A stretch of DNA of 64,000 nucleotides, taken from NCBI RefSeq assembly GCF_003018255.1, contig NZ_CP027440.1. The stretch is one strand, 5' to 3'. Shown here in pieces: positions 44,643-55,490 of this stretch; position 1 is the stretch's first letter, and each line of letters starts with the position of its first letter. The notes under the pieces were generated by a model, which was not told the DNA's origin, made no database searches, and worked only from the letters and a program-made list of their open reading frames with translations. The position numbers and the translations under genes were made by a program. Source of the stretch: Escherichia coli. Lineage in GTDB: Bacteria > Pseudomonadota > Gammaproteobacteria > Enterobacterales > Enterobacteriaceae.

Positions 44643-45209
44643 ATGAGCAAAGCAGGTGCGTCGCTTGCGACCTGTTACGGCCCTGTCAGCGCCGACGTTA
44701 TAGCAAAAGCAGAGAACATTCGTCTGCTGATCCTCGATGTCGATGGCGTACTGTCAGATGGCCTGATTTATATGGGCAATAATGGCGAAGAGCTGAAAGC
44801 GTTCAATGTTCGTGACGGTTATGGCATTCGTTGTGCGCTCACCTCTGATATTGAAGTCGCTATCATTACCGGGCGAAAGGCTAAACTGGTAGAAGATCGT
44901 TGTGCCACATTGGGGATCACTCACTTGTATCAGGGGCAGTCAAACAAACTGATCGCCTTTAGCGATTTGCTGGAAAAACTGGCGATTGCCCCGGAAAATG
45001 TGGCTTATGTCGGCGATGATCTCATCGACTGGCCGGTAATGGAAAAAGTGGGTTTAAGCATCGCCGTGGCCGATGCGCATCCACTGTTAATCCCGCGCGC
45101 CGATTACGTGACGCGCATTGCTGGCGGTCGTGGTGCAGTGCGTGAAGTTTGCGACTTATTACTCCTGGCGCAGGGCAAACTGGATGAAGCCAAAGGGCAA
45201 TCGATATGA
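44643..45209 (+). CDS. kdsC: KDO 8-phosphate phosphatase KdsC
   Basis: Track ORF, 188 aa; HAD motif LLILDVDGVLSDG. Confidence 0.96.
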   Translation: MSKAGASLATCYGPVSADVIAKAENIRLLILDVDGVLSDGLIYMGNNGEELKAFNVRDGYGIRCALTSDIEVAIITGRKAKLVEDRCATLGITHLYQGQSNKLIAFSDLLEKLAIAPENVAYVGDDLIDWPVMEKVGLSIAVADAHPLLIPRADYVTRIAGGRGAVREVCDLLLLAQGKLDEAKGQSI

Positions 45210-45781
45210 GTAAAGCCAGACGTTGGGTTATCATTGTGCTGTCACTGGCGGTTCTGGTGATGATCGGCATTAATATGGCCGAAAAAGACGATACCGCCCA
45301 GGTGGTCGTCAACAACAATGATCCCACCTATAAAAGCGAGCATACGGACACGCTCGTCTATAACCCAGAAGGGGCACTAAGCTATCGATTGATTGCTCAA
45401 CACGTTGAATATTATTCCGATCAGGCCGTTTCGTGGTTTACGCAGCCGGTACTTACCACGTTTGATAAGGATAAAATCCCGACATGGTCCGTAAAAGCAG
45501 ATAAAGCCAAGCTGACCAATGACCGGATGCTCTATTTATATGGACACGTTGAAGTCAACGCACTCGTGCCGGACTCTCAACTTCGCAGAATCACGACGGA
45601 TAACGCGCAGATCAATCTGGTGACGCAGGATGTTACCTCTGAAGACCTCGTCACGTTATACGGAACAACATTTAACTCCAGCGGTCTGAAAATGCGCGGC
45701 AACTTACGCAGCAAGAACGCCGAGCTGATTGAAAAGGTTAGAACATCCTATGAAATTCAAAACAAACAAACTCAGCCTTAA
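45206..45781 (+). CDS. lptC: LPS export protein LptC
   Basis: Track ORF, 191 aa, N-terminal TM anchor; 4-nt overlap with kdsC. Confidence 0.95.
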   Translation: MSKARRWVIIVLSLAVLVMIGINMAEKDDTAQVVVNNNDPTYKSEHTDTLVYNPEGALSYRLIAQHVEYYSDQAVSWFTQPVLTTFDKDKIPTWSVKADKAKLTNDRMLYLYGHVEVNALVPDSQLRRITTDNAQINLVTQDVTSEDLVTLYGTTFNSSGLKMRGNLRSKNAELIEKVRTSYEIQNKQTQP

Positions 45782-46307
45782 TCTTGTGCTTGCCAGCTCA
45801 CTTCTGGCCGCCAGCATTCCGGCATTTGCCGTAACCGGAGACACTGATCAGCCGATCCACATTGAATCGGACCAGCAATCTCTTGATATGCAAGGCAACG
45901 TGGTTACCTTTACCGGCAATGTCATCGTCACCCAGGGCACCATCAAAATTAATGCCGACAAAGTGGTCGTTACCCGTCCGGGCGGCGAACAAGGTAAAGA
46001 AGTGATTGACGGCTACGGTAAACCGGCAACGTTCTACCAGATGCAGGACAACGGTAAACCCGTTGAAGGTCACGCTTCACAGATGCACTACGAACTGGCA
46101 AAAGATTTTGTCGTTCTGACGGGTAATGCTTATCTGCAGCAGGTCGATAGCAACATTAAGGGCGATAAGATCACTTACCTGGTGAAAGAGCAGAAAATGC
46201 AGGCTTTCAGCGACAAAGGCAAGCGCGTAACCACCGTTCTGGTGCCGTCGCAGCTGCAGGACAAAAACAATAAAGGCCAGACCCCGGCACAGAAGAAGGG
46301 TAATTAA
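45750..46307 (+). CDS. lptA: Periplasmic LPS transport protein LptA
   Basis: Track ORF 45729..46307 trimmed to ATG 45750 (MKFKTNKLSLNLVLASSLLAASIPAFA...), 185 aa; overlaps lptC 3' end. Confidence 0.94.
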   Translation: MKFKTNKLSLNLVLASSLLAASIPAFAVTGDTDQPIHIESDQQSLDMQGNVVTFTGNVIVTQGTIKINADKVVVTRPGGEQGKEVIDGYGKPATFYQMQDNGKPVEGHASQMHYELAKDFVVLTGNAYLQQVDSNIKGDKITYLVKEQKMQAFSDKGKRVTTVLVPSQLQDKNNKGQTPAQKKGN

Positions 46308-46313
46308 TTCGTT

Positions 46314-47039
46314 ATGGCAACATTAACTGCAAAGAACCTTGCAAAAGCCTATAAAGGCCGTCGCGTGGTAGAAGACGTCAGCCTGACCGTCAACTCCGGG
46401 GAAATTGTCGGTCTGCTGGGGCCAAACGGTGCCGGTAAGACCACCACTTTCTACATGGTTGTTGGCATTGTGCCGCGCGATGCGGGCAACATCATTATTG
46501 ATGATGACGATATCAGTCTGCTGCCTCTGCATGCACGCGCGCGCCGCGGTATCGGCTATCTGCCGCAGGAAGCCTCCATTTTCCGTCGCCTCAGCGTTTA
46601 CGATAACCTGATGGCGGTACTGCAAATTCGTGACGACTTGTCTGCTGAACAACGTGAAGACCGCGCGAACGAGCTGATGGAAGAGTTTCACATTGAGCAC
46701 CTGCGTGACAGCATGGGGCAGTCACTCTCCGGGGGTGAACGTCGCCGTGTAGAAATTGCCCGTGCACTGGCTGCGAATCCGAAATTTATTCTGCTCGACG
46801 AACCGTTTGCCGGGGTTGACCCGATCTCGGTTATCGACATTAAACGCATCATTGAGCACCTGCGCGACAGCGGCCTGGGCGTACTGATCACTGACCACAA
46901 CGTGCGTGAAACACTGGCGGTTTGTGAACGCGCTTATATCGTCAGTCAGGGGCATTTGATCGCCCACGGCACGCCTACAGAAATCTTACAAGACGAACAC
47001 GTTAAGCGTGTATACCTTGGGGAAGACTTCAGACTCTGA
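46314..47039 (+). CDS. lptB: LPS export ABC transporter ATPase LptB
   Basis: Track ORF, 241 aa; Walker [10 protein letters not shown]; signature LSGGERRR. Confidence 0.97.
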
Positions 47040-47086
47040 TAGGGTAGAAGTTTGCGATGTTTTAGCAGGAGAGTACGATTCTGAAC

Positions 47087-48520
47087 ATGAAGCAAGGTTT
47101 GCAACTCAGGCTTAGCCAACAACTGGCGATGACGCCACAGCTCCAACAGGCAATTCGTCTGTTGCAGTTGTCGACGCTGGAACTTCAGCAGGAGCTACAG
47201 CAGGCGCTGGAGAGTAATCCGCTGCTTGAGCAAATCGACACTCATGAAGAAATCGACACCCGCGAAACGCAAGACAGTGAAACACTGGACACCGCCGACG
47301 CGCTCGAACAAAAAGAGATGCCGGAAGAGCTGCCGCTCGATGCCAGTTGGGACACCATTTACACCGCTGGTACACCATCCGGCACCAGCGGTGACTACAT
47401 TGACGACGAGCTGCCGGTCTATCAGGGCGAAACGACGCAGACCTTGCAGGATTACCTGATGTGGCAGGTCGAGCTGACACCGTTTTCCGACACTGACCGC
47501 GCTATTGCTACCTCTATCGTCGATGCCGTTGATGACACCGGTTATCTGACTGTCCCGCTGGAAGATATTCTCGAAAGTATGGGCGATGAAGAGATTGACA
47601 TCGACGAAGTTGAAGCCGTCCTTAAGCGGATCCAACGGTTTGATCCGGTCGGTGTGGCGGCAAAAGATCTGCGTGACTGTCTGCTGATCCAACTCTCCCA
47701 ATTCGATAAAACCACGCCATGGCTGGAAGAGGCCAGACTGATCATTAGCGATCATCTCGATCTGTTAGCCAATCACGACTTCCGCACTTTAATGCGCGTC
47801 ACGCGGCTGAAAGAAGATGTGCTGAAAGAAGCCGTCAATCTGATCCAGTCGCTCGATCCGCGCCCCGGGCAGTCGATCCAGACGGGCGAACCTGAGTATG
47901 TCATTCCAGATGTGCTGGTGCGTAAGCATAACGGTCACTGGACGGTAGAACTCAACAGTGACAGCATTCCGCGTCTGCAAATCAACCAGCACTACGCCTC
48001 GATGTGCAATAACGCGCGCAACGATGGTGACAGCCAGTTTATCCGCAGCAATCTGCAGGATGCCAAATGGTTGATCAAGAGCCTGGAAAGCCGTAACGAT
48101 ACGCTACTGCGCGTGAGTCGCTGTATCGTTGAACAGCAGCAAGCCTTCTTTGAGCAAGGCGAAGAATATATGAAACCGATGGTACTGGCCGATATCGCCC
48201 AGGCTGTCGAAATGCATGAATCGACGATATCTCGCGTGACCACGCAAAAATACCTGCATAGTCCACGAGGCATTTTTGAACTGAAGTATTTCTTTTCCAG
48301 TCACGTCAATACCGAGGGCGGCGGCGAAGCTTCCTCCACGGCGATTCGTGCGCTGGTGAAGAAATTAATCGCGGCGGAAAACCCAGCGAAACCGTTGAGC
48401 GACAGCAAGTTAACCTCTTTGCTGTCGGAACAAGGTATCATGGTGGCACGCCGCACTGTTGCGAAGTACCGAGAGTCTTTATCCATTCCGCCGTCAAACC
48501 AGCGTAAACAGCTCGTTTGA
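47087..48520 (+). CDS. rpoN: RNA polymerase sigma-54 factor
   Basis: Track ORF, 477 aa; Gln-rich N-terminus; RpoN box ARRTVAKYR. Confidence 0.97.
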   Translation: MKQGLQLRLSQQLAMTPQLQQAIRLLQLSTLELQQELQQALESNPLLEQIDTHEEIDTRETQDSETLDTADALEQKEMPEELPLDASWDTIYTAGTPSGTSGDYIDDELPVYQGETTQTLQDYLMWQVELTPFSDTDRAIATSIVDAVDDTGYLTVPLEDILESMGDEEIDIDEVEAVLKRIQRFDPVGVAAKDLRDCLLIQLSQFDKTTPWLEEARLIISDHLDLLANHDFRTLMRVTRLKEDVLKEAVNLIQSLDPRPGQSIQTGEPEYVIPDVLVRKHNGHWTVELNSDSIPRLQINQHYASMCNNARNDGDSQFIRSNLQDAKWLIKSLESRNDTLLRVSRCIVEQQQAFFEQGEEYMKPMVLADIAQAVEMHESTISRVTTQKYLHSPRGIFELKYFFSSHVNTEGGGEASSTAIRALVKKLIAAENPAKPLSDSKLTSLLSEQGIMVARRTVAKYRESLSIPPSNQRKQLV

Positions 48521-48542
48521 CCCAACCGATAAGGAAGACACT

Positions 48543-48830
48543 ATGCAGCTCAACATTACCGGAAATAACGTCGAGATCACCGAGGCACTGCGCGAATTTG
48601 TTACAGCCAAATTTGCCAAACTTGAGCAATATTTTGACCGAATCAACCAGGTCTATGTTGTTCTGAAAGTGGAGAAAGTCACCCACACCTCAGATGCAAC
48701 ACTGCATGTAAACGGTGGTGAAATTCATGCCAGCGCGGAAGGTCAGGACATGTACGCTGCCATTGATGGCTTAATTGATAAGCTGGCACGCCAGTTGACC
48801 AAACATAAAGATAAACTGAAACAACACTAA
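48543..48830 (+). CDS. hpf: Ribosome hibernation promoting factor
   Basis: Track ORF 48459..48830 trimmed to ATG 48543 (MQLNITGNNVEITEALR...), 95 aa. Confidence 0.95.
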   Translation: MQLNITGNNVEITEALREFVTAKFAKLEQYFDRINQVYVVLKVEKVTHTSDATLHVNGGEIHASAEGQDMYAAIDGLIDKLARQLTKHKDKLKQH

Positions 48831-48947
48831 TTGTCCGGGCAATTAGCATGTGCATGGCGGCCTGTTGTGCGGCACAACGGGCCATTTGTACGGTTAATGC
48901 TCCGAGCCTGTTCCACTGTTTGAGTGGGCAGGTTCTTAGGTGAAATT

Positions 48948-49439
48948 ATGACAAATAATGATACAACTCTACAGCTTAGCAGTGTTCTTAACAGGGAATG
49001 TACGCGAAGCCGCGTCCACTGTCAGAGCAAAAAACGCGCCCTGGAAATCATCAGCGAGCTGGCGGCGAAACAACTTAGTCTGCCGCCTCAGGTGGTTTTT
49101 GAAGCTATCCTGACGCGGGAAAAAATGGGCAGTACCGGTATCGGCAATGGTATTGCCATTCCGCATGGCAAACTGGAAGAAGATACTCTGCGCGCCGTTG
49201 GCGTTTTCGTTCAGCTCGAAACGCCTATAGCTTTCGATGCCATTGACAACCAACCGGTAGATTTACTATTTGCCCTGCTGGTGCCGGCAGACCAAACTAA
49301 AACGCACCTGCATACTCTGTCACTGGTGGCGAAACGTCTGGCGGACAAAACCATCTGCCGCCGTTTACGCGCAGCCCAGAGCGATGAAGAGCTGTATCAA
49401 ATCATTACGGATACCGAAGGTACTCCGGATGAAGCGTAG
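48948..49439 (+). CDS. ptsN: PTS(Ntr) EIIA component PtsN
   Basis: Track ORF 48924..49439 (GTG) trimmed to ATG 48948 (MTNNDTTLQLSSVLNREC...), 163 aa. Confidence 0.95.
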   Translation: MTNNDTTLQLSSVLNRECTRSRVHCQSKKRALEIISELAAKQLSLPPQVVFEAILTREKMGSTGIGNGIAIPHGKLEEDTLRAVGVFVQLETPIAFDAIDNQPVDLLFALLVPADQTKTHLHTLSLVAKRLADKTICRRLRAAQSDEELYQIITDTEGTPDEA

Positions 49440-49484
49440 TTATTCGGTAATGTCTCTTTTAGACGTTGTGAGGAGAAACAGTAC

Positions 49485-50339
49485 ATGGTACTGATGATCG
49501 TCAGCGGACGTTCAGGTTCAGGTAAATCTGTCGCCCTGCGTGCGCTGGAAGATATGGGTTTTTACTGCGTGGATAACCTTCCCGTAGTGTTGTTACCCGA
49601 TCTGGCTCGAACCCTGGCCGATCGCGAGATTTCTGCCGCCGTCAGCATTGATGTTCGTAATATGCCGGAGTCACCAGAAATATTCGAACAGGCGATGAGT
49701 AACCTGCCTGACGCTTTCTCACCGCAACTACTGTTCCTGGATGCCGACCGTAATACCTTAATTCGTCGTTACAGTGACACGCGCCGACTGCATCCGCTTT
49801 CCAGCAAAAACCTGTCGCTGGAAAGTGCTATCGACAAAGAAAGCGATTTGCTGGAGCCTCTGCGTTCGCGAGCGGATCTGATTGTCGACACCTCAGAAAT
49901 GTCCGTTCACGAGCTGGCTGAAATGCTGCGTACCCGTCTGCTGGGTAAACGTGAACGCGAACTGACCATGGTCTTTGAGTCTTTCGGCTTCAAACACGGT
50001 ATCCCTATCGATGCAGATTACGTCTTTGACGTGCGCTTCTTGCCGAACCCGCACTGGGATCCGAAACTGCGTCCAATGACAGGTCTTGATAAACCTGTCG
50101 CCGCGTTCCTCGACCGCCACACAGAAGTACACAATTTTATCTACCAGACGCGAAGCTATCTTGAGCTATGGTTACCTATGCTGGAAACCAACAACCGTAG
50201 CTACCTGACGGTCGCCATTGGTTGTACCGGCGGGAAGCACCGTTCGGTGTATATTGCAGAGCAACTGGCAGACTACTTCCGCTCGCGCGGTAAAAACGTC
50301 CAGTCACGCCATCGTACGCTGGAAAAACGTAAACCATGA
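49485..50339 (+). CDS. rapZ: RNase adapter protein RapZ (YhbJ)
   Basis: Track ORF, 284 aa; Walker A GRSGSGKS. Confidence 0.96.
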
Positions 50340-50608
50340 CCGTCAAGCAAACTGTTGAAATCACAAACAAGCTGGGCATGCATGCCCGGCCTGCAATGAA
50401 GCTGTTTGAATTAATGCAAGGTTTTGACGCAGAAGTGCTGTTACGTAATGACGAAGGTACCGAGGCCGAAGCCAACAGCGTTATTGCACTGCTGATGCTG
50501 GATTCTGCCAAAGGACGGCAGATTGAAGTTGAAGCGACCGGTCCACAGGAAGAGGAAGCACTGGCCGCCGTTATCGCCCTCTTTAATTCTGGTTTTGATG
50601 AAGATTAA
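50336..50608 (+). CDS. npr: Phosphocarrier protein NPr (PtsO)
   Basis: Track ORF, 90 aa; HPr-like His in GMHARPA; ATGA overlap with rapZ. Confidence 0.95.
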
Positions 50609-50754
50609 TCTTCATCACTTTGACATTCAAATCCCTTCAAGCTCCCCCCGACAATAAGAAAATCACGTACTGAAATCGTTCTCAATCAACGTCATTTGTA
50701 CATTTTGTGCGCTTTTCACTTTCAGAAGAACCTTAAGAAAACCTTAAGAAGCAT

Positions 50755-50771
50755 TGTTTAGGTTTCGTTTA
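50755..50771 (+). promoter_or_regulatory. Candidate PhoP box upstream of yrbL
   Basis: TGTTTA-ggttt-CGTTTA direct repeat (PhoP consensus (T/G)GTTTA-N5-(T/G)GTTTA) about 50 nt upstream of the yrbL ATG, followed by a TTAAT -10-like element. Confidence 0.5.
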
Positions 50772-50821
50772 AGTTAATCGACCATACTGGAGATCGTCAG
50801 AAAATATTTCCAGGAGATGGC

Positions 50822-51454
50822 ATGATTCGCTTATCTGAACAAAGTCCCCTGGGCACCGGAAGACATCGGAAATGTTATGCGCATCCGGAAGATGCCCAAC
50901 GCTGTATCAAGATTGTCTACCATCGTGGCGATGGTGGCGATAAAGAGATCCGCCGTGAGTTAAAGTACTACGCGCATCTTGGTCGCCGGTTAAAAGACTG
51001 GAGTGGAATACCGCGCTATCACGGTACCGTTGAGACGGATTGCGGAACCGGTTATGTCTACGATGTGATTGCAGATTTTGACGGCAAACCCTCCATTACG
51101 CTGACCGAATTTGCTGAACAATGCCGTTACGAAGAAGACATTGCACAACTGCGCCAGCTACTGAAACAGCTGAAGCGTTATTTGCAGGATAACCGTATCG
51201 TGACGATGTCGCTGAAGCCGCAGAATATCCTCTGTCACCGCATCAGTGAGTCAGAGGTTATCCCCGTCGTCTGCGACAACATTGGTGAAAGCACATTGAT
51301 TCCACTGGCGACCTGGTCGAAGTGGTGTTGTCTGCGTAAGCAAGAGCGGTTATGGAAACGATTTATCGCCCAACCGGCGCTGGCTATTGCCCTGCAGAAA
51401 GATCTGCAACCTCGTGAGAGCAAAACGCTGGCCCTCACTTCGCGCGAAGCTTAA
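50822..51454 (+). CDS. yrbL: Uncharacterised protein YrbL
   Basis: Track ORF, 210 aa, [32 protein letters not shown]... Confidence 0.9.
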   Translation: MIRLSEQSPLGTGRHRKCYAHPEDAQRCIKIVYHRGDGGDKEIRRELKYYAHLGRRLKDWSGIPRYHGTVETDCGTGYVYDVIADFDGKPSITLTEFAEQCRYEEDIAQLRQLLKQLKRYLQDNRIVTMSLKPQNILCHRISESEVIPVVCDNIGESTLIPLATWSKWCCLRKQERLWKRFIAQPALAIALQKDLQPRESKTLALTSREA

Positions 51455-52179
51455 TCCAGCTGGTGCTGTTGCATAAACGACTCACCGCCTAACTGATACA
51501 TCTGCCGTAAAATCCACGCCTGACGGCTACGCACGTAGCCCGATGGCGCGGAGACTTTGAAACGAAGTGGATTAGGTAATACAGCAGCCAGTAATGCAGC
51601 TTCCGAGCGGGTAAGTTTGCTCGCGGGTTTGTGGAAATAACGTTGTGCCGCAGCTTCGACGCCAAACACACCGTCGCCAAATTCGGCGATATTCAGGTAA
51701 ACCGTCAGGATACGCTTTTTGCTCCAGACAGTTTCTATCCCCAGCGTTAATCCAGCTTCCAGCCCTTTTCGAACCCAGCTACGCCCATCCCATAAAAAGA
51801 GATTTTTGGCTGTCTGCTGAGAAATCGTTGACGCACCGCGAATACGGTTTTCATTGCGCTCGTTGTGGGCCAGGGCTTGCTCAATGGAGGCGACATCAAA
51901 GCCCCAGTGCTCAGGAAACTTCTGATCTTCTGCGGCAATCACCGCCAGTCCCATCCACGGCGAAATTTGATCCATACTGACCCAGTCAGAATGTGCCACG
52001 TAACGAAAATTGCCATGCAGCCAGGCGCTGACTTGTCGCTCGGCCATTACCGCTGAGAAAGGAACAGGCGCAACGCTAAACAACGCGATGCCCCCGCCCC
52101 AGAAAACGGCGAGGACAACCATTAACCGCAGAAGAAAACGGCGAACGAAACTAAACACCGTTAAGCGGCTTTTACTCAT
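51451..52179 (-). CDS. mtgA: Monofunctional peptidoglycan glycosyltransferase MtgA
   Basis: Track ORF, 242 aa; GT51 motifs ([16 protein letters not shown]). Confidence 0.96.
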   Translation of the reverse strand: MSKSRLTVFSFVRRFLLRLMVVLAVFWGGGIALFSVAPVPFSAVMAERQVSAWLHGNFRYVAHSDWVSMDQISPWMGLAVIAAEDQKFPEHWGFDVASIEQALAHNERNENRIRGASTISQQTAKNLFLWDGRSWVRKGLEAGLTLGIETVWSKKRILTVYLNIAEFGDGVFGVEAAAQRYFHKPASKLTRSEAALLAAVLPNPLRFKVSAPSGYVRSRQAWILRQMYQLGGESFMQQHQLD

Positions 52180-52829
52180 TCAGCCAGAACCAGCACGCGG
52201 GAAACCAGCTTATCAATGCCGCTCGCCGCTTCTGCAATGTTCTGCGCCAGCATATATGCCGGGGTGGTGACAATCTTATTGTCTTCATCAACCACGATAT
52301 CATCGACAGGACATGGCACATGCTCCGCGCCCATCTCTTCCAGCACTTCTGCGGTATCGATATCAGTACCGATGGTCAAACGCAGCGGGAAATCGAAAAT
52401 TTTCGGCAGCATCGCCGGGGCAATACACATAAAACCAAGCGGTTTTCCGGCCTGATGCATCGCTTGTGCCAGCGCCTTTAATTCACGGTCAACGGTGCAT
52501 TCGCTACCAAGACTGGCAAAATTGCTTAAATTCTTCGCCGCGCCAAAACCCCCCGGCACAATCAACGCATCCAGTTCAGCGGCATCGGCCTGGGCCAGAG
52601 GACGGATTTCACCGCGCGTTATTCGTGCCGCTTCAATCAGCACATTGCGCGTTTCCGTCATCGCTTCGCCCGTTAAATGGTTGATAACATCAACCTGCTG
52701 CTTATCCGGTGCAAAGCAGACCGCCTGCGCACCGCTGCGTGAAATAGCTAACAACGTCAACACCGCTTCATGAATTTCAGAACCGTCATAGACGCCGCAT
52801 CCGCTCAGAATTACGCCAATTTTCTTCAT
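52176..52829 (-). CDS. elbB: Glyoxalase ElbB (DJ-1/PfpI superfamily)
   Basis: Track ORF 52176..52838 trimmed to ATG 52829 ([16 protein letters not shown]...), 217 aa. Confidence 0.93.
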   Translation of the reverse strand: MKKIGVILSGCGVYDGSEIHEAVLTLLAISRSGAQAVCFAPDKQQVDVINHLTGEAMTETRNVLIEAARITRGEIRPLAQADAAELDALIVPGGFGAAKNLSNFASLGSECTVDRELKALAQAMHQAGKPLGFMCIAPAMLPKIFDFPLRLTIGTDIDTAEVLEEMGAEHVPCPVDDIVVDEDNKIVTTPAYMLAQNIAEAASGIDKLVSRVLVLAE

Positions 52830-52946
52830 TGTGATCATCCTTTCGCAATTGACTGAAACACATTAATTTTTTTAATAAAAATGCTACGCATCACACATTT
52901 AACTGATTCATGTAACAAATCATTTAAGTTTTGCTATCTTAACTGC

Positions 52947-53067
52947 GTGCGGCCTGAAAAACAGTGCTGTGCCCTTGTAACTCATCATAATAATTTACGG
53001 CGCAGCCAAGATTTCCCTGGTGTTGGCGCAGTATTCGCGCACCCCGGTCTAGCCGGGGTCATTTTTT
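52947..53067 (+). ncRNA. arcZ: ArcZ (SraH/RyhA) sRNA
   Basis: Sequence matches recalled ArcZ: gtgcggcctgaaaaacagtgctgtgccc...acggcgcagccaagatttccctggtgttggcgcagtattcgcgcaccccggtctagccggggtcatttttt; terminator hairpin plus T6 overlaps the arcB stop on the opposite strand; 5' end approximate. Confidence 0.75.
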
Positions 53068-55395
53068 AGTGGCTTTTGCCACCCACGCTTTCAGCACTTC
53101 TACGTCGTGACGCCACTCTTCTTTCATCTCTTCAATCCATTCACCGACGTTATCTTCCCAGGCAGGAAGGTCAGGAGACTGAATTTGCTGACCCAGCTGT
53201 TGCAGATGGCGTAACCCCACTGACCCCGCCGCACCTTTAATTTTATGTCCTTCCTCAACAATGCCTTTTTTATCCTGCGCCGTCAGATTCGACTCCAGCA
53301 CGCTGACATAGCCCGGCATCATCTTCTCAAACACCGCTAACCCGTCGGTGATCAGCTTCGGTCCTACAAGTGCGAGATACTGTTCCAGCATGGGAATATC
53401 GAGCAATGCTTCTGATTTACTGTTCTCTTCTGTCGTCACCGTACTCTCCTCATCATCCTGGGTATCCCAGAATTTCTTGATCATCGCGGTTAGCGCCGGA
53501 ACCGAAAGCGGCTTACTCAGCACATCATCCATTCCAGCATTGAGGTACTCTTGTTTGTCTTTCAGCACGTTAGCGGTTAAGGCCACCAGCGGCGGTAAAT
53601 CCTCGCGCGGATAACGCTTCGTCAGTTCACGAGAGATATCCAGCCCGGTCATATCTGGCAACTGAATATCCAGCAACACCAGGTCGTATTCGCCCGGTTT
53701 AAACATCTCCAGCGCCGCCTTGCCGGTCATGGCGACATCAACGCTGTTACCTAATTTTTCCAGCACAGAACGCGCAACAATCACGTTCAGTTCAATGTCT
53801 TCCACCAGCAGCACATTCAGCGCCGGTAAAGGCATATCGTCTTCATCAAACGCATCATCGACCTCTTCTGCTACCGACGGTGCGTGGATCGTCAACGTAA
53901 AGGTTGAACCTTTGCCCTGTTCGCTGGTAACCGTAATATCGCCGCCCATATTTTTCGCCAGACGACGAGAAACGGCCAGACCAATACCGGTGCCGGTGGC
54001 AGGTTTACCGCCATGACTGTCTTTCACCTGGTAATACATGGCGAAAATTTTATCCAGCTCATCCTGCGGAATGCCGATACCAGAGTCTTCCACTTCAAAA
54101 TGCAGCATATCGCCTTCATCGTAGCGCACGCGCACGGTAACCTGGCCTTGCTGGGTGAATTTGACGGCGTTACTGATGAGATTCCACAGGATCTGCCGTA
54201 AACGCGTCCCGTCGGTAATGACCTGATGCGGTAATGGCAGCGTAGGCTCCAGGTTAAAGCGCAATCCTTTTTGTTGCGCCTGCAATGCGGAAAGATTTTC
54301 CAGATCGGCAAGGAAGCTGGTGAAATCAACCGGCTGATTATCAAGCTGGACCTTACGCCGTTCCATCTTATCCATGTCGATAATATCGTTGAAGATATTC
54401 CCGAGCGTGACGGCCGAAACATGGATGGTTTTGAGATATTTTTCCTGCTCGGCGGTGAGTTCGGTATCCAGCAGAATGCGGCTCAGGCCGACGATACCAT
54501 TCAGCGGTGTACGCAATTCGTGACTGATGGTGGAGATAAACGTCGTTTTGTCGCGGCTGGCCCGTTCAAGCGCATCCTGATACCGCTTACGCTCGGTAAT
54601 GTCGCGACCAAAGCCCATCAAACCGTGACGTTTACCCACGCGGTCGTAGTACGGCACTTTACGGATTTCAAAGCAGGCTTTGCGTCCGTCGGGATAATCC
54701 AGCCACTGCTCATAGGTCAGTGACACATTATGACGGAACACTTTTTCATCGGTTTCAATGACTTTCGCAGCGGCTTCCGGTGAGTAAACATCAGCAGGTT
54801 TCAGATGAACCAGTTGTTTTTCGCTTTTTCCGGTCAGCAGCTCCATCGCGCGGTTACAGCCGGAAAACTCTTTATCTTCGTTACGATAAAAAACCAGGTC
54901 GGGTGAAGCGTCAAGGAAGGAACGTAAGAATGAGGATTGCTGCTCGAGCTGAATTTGTGTCTCTTCGCGCTCTTTGATTTCAATTTTCAGTTGGCCGAAG
55001 GTTTCCTGCAGTTCTGCTTCCGCTTTTTCACGAACGGCGATTTCCTGATTTAGCTGGGCAATATTATCTTTTAACTGAACGTTGAGGCTCAAATCGCGCT
55101 CGCGCATCTCCTCCAGTTTTTGCACCAGTCGTGACAGACGTTGTCGTGACTCCTCCAGTTGCTCGACGACCACCGATAGAAAGTAGACCGCCCACGGCGT
55201 AATCAGCAAACCAAAGAAGATAGAACGAATAACATCAATGCTTTCGACCTGACCATGCAGCACCATGGTTACCGCCATTTGTACCACAATGGCAAGAACG
55301 ACGAGGGCCAGCGCCAGTAACATTGAGAAGCGCACCAGACCTAACTTCATCATCAGGTCAACATAATACTGCGCCAGCAGACGAATTTGCTTCAT
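53059..55395 (-). CDS. arcB: Aerobic respiration control sensor kinase ArcB
   Basis: Track ORF, 778 aa; H-box ISHELRTP; receiver and HPt domains. Confidence 0.97.
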   Translation of the reverse strand: MKQIRLLAQYYVDLMMKLGLVRFSMLLALALVVLAIVVQMAVTMVLHGQVESIDVIRSIFFGLLITPWAVYFLSVVVEQLEESRQRLSRLVQKLEEMRERDLSLNVQLKDNIAQLNQEIAVREKAEAELQETFGQLKIEIKEREETQIQLEQQSSFLRSFLDASPDLVFYRNEDKEFSGCNRAMELLTGKSEKQLVHLKPADVYSPEAAAKVIETDEKVFRHNVSLTYEQWLDYPDGRKACFEIRKVPYYDRVGKRHGLMGFGRDITERKRYQDALERASRDKTTFISTISHELRTPLNGIVGLSRILLDTELTAEQEKYLKTIHVSAVTLGNIFNDIIDMDKMERRKVQLDNQPVDFTSFLADLENLSALQAQQKGLRFNLEPTLPLPHQVITDGTRLRQILWNLISNAVKFTQQGQVTVRVRYDEGDMLHFEVEDSGIGIPQDELDKIFAMYYQVKDSHGGKPATGTGIGLAVSRRLAKNMGGDITVTSEQGKGSTFTLTIHAPSVAEEVDDAFDEDDMPLPALNVLLVEDIELNVIVARSVLEKLGNSVDVAMTGKAALEMFKPGEYDLVLLDIQLPDMTGLDISRELTKRYPREDLPPLVALTANVLKDKQEYLNAGMDDVLSKPLSVPALTAMIKKFWDTQDDEESTVTTEENSKSEALLDIPMLEQYLALVGPKLITDGLAVFEKMMPGYVSVLESNLTAQDKKGIVEEGHKIKGAAGSVGLRHLQQLGQQIQSPDLPAWEDNVGEWIEEMKEEWRHDVEVLKAWVAKATKK

Positions 55396-55490
55396 TAGGG
55401 AATTCCTTCACGACAACCTGCCCCAATAATACCCAATTCTGACAGTTACGTTATAAATTGTGTGAGAAATGCGGAATTCCCCTCAATGGC

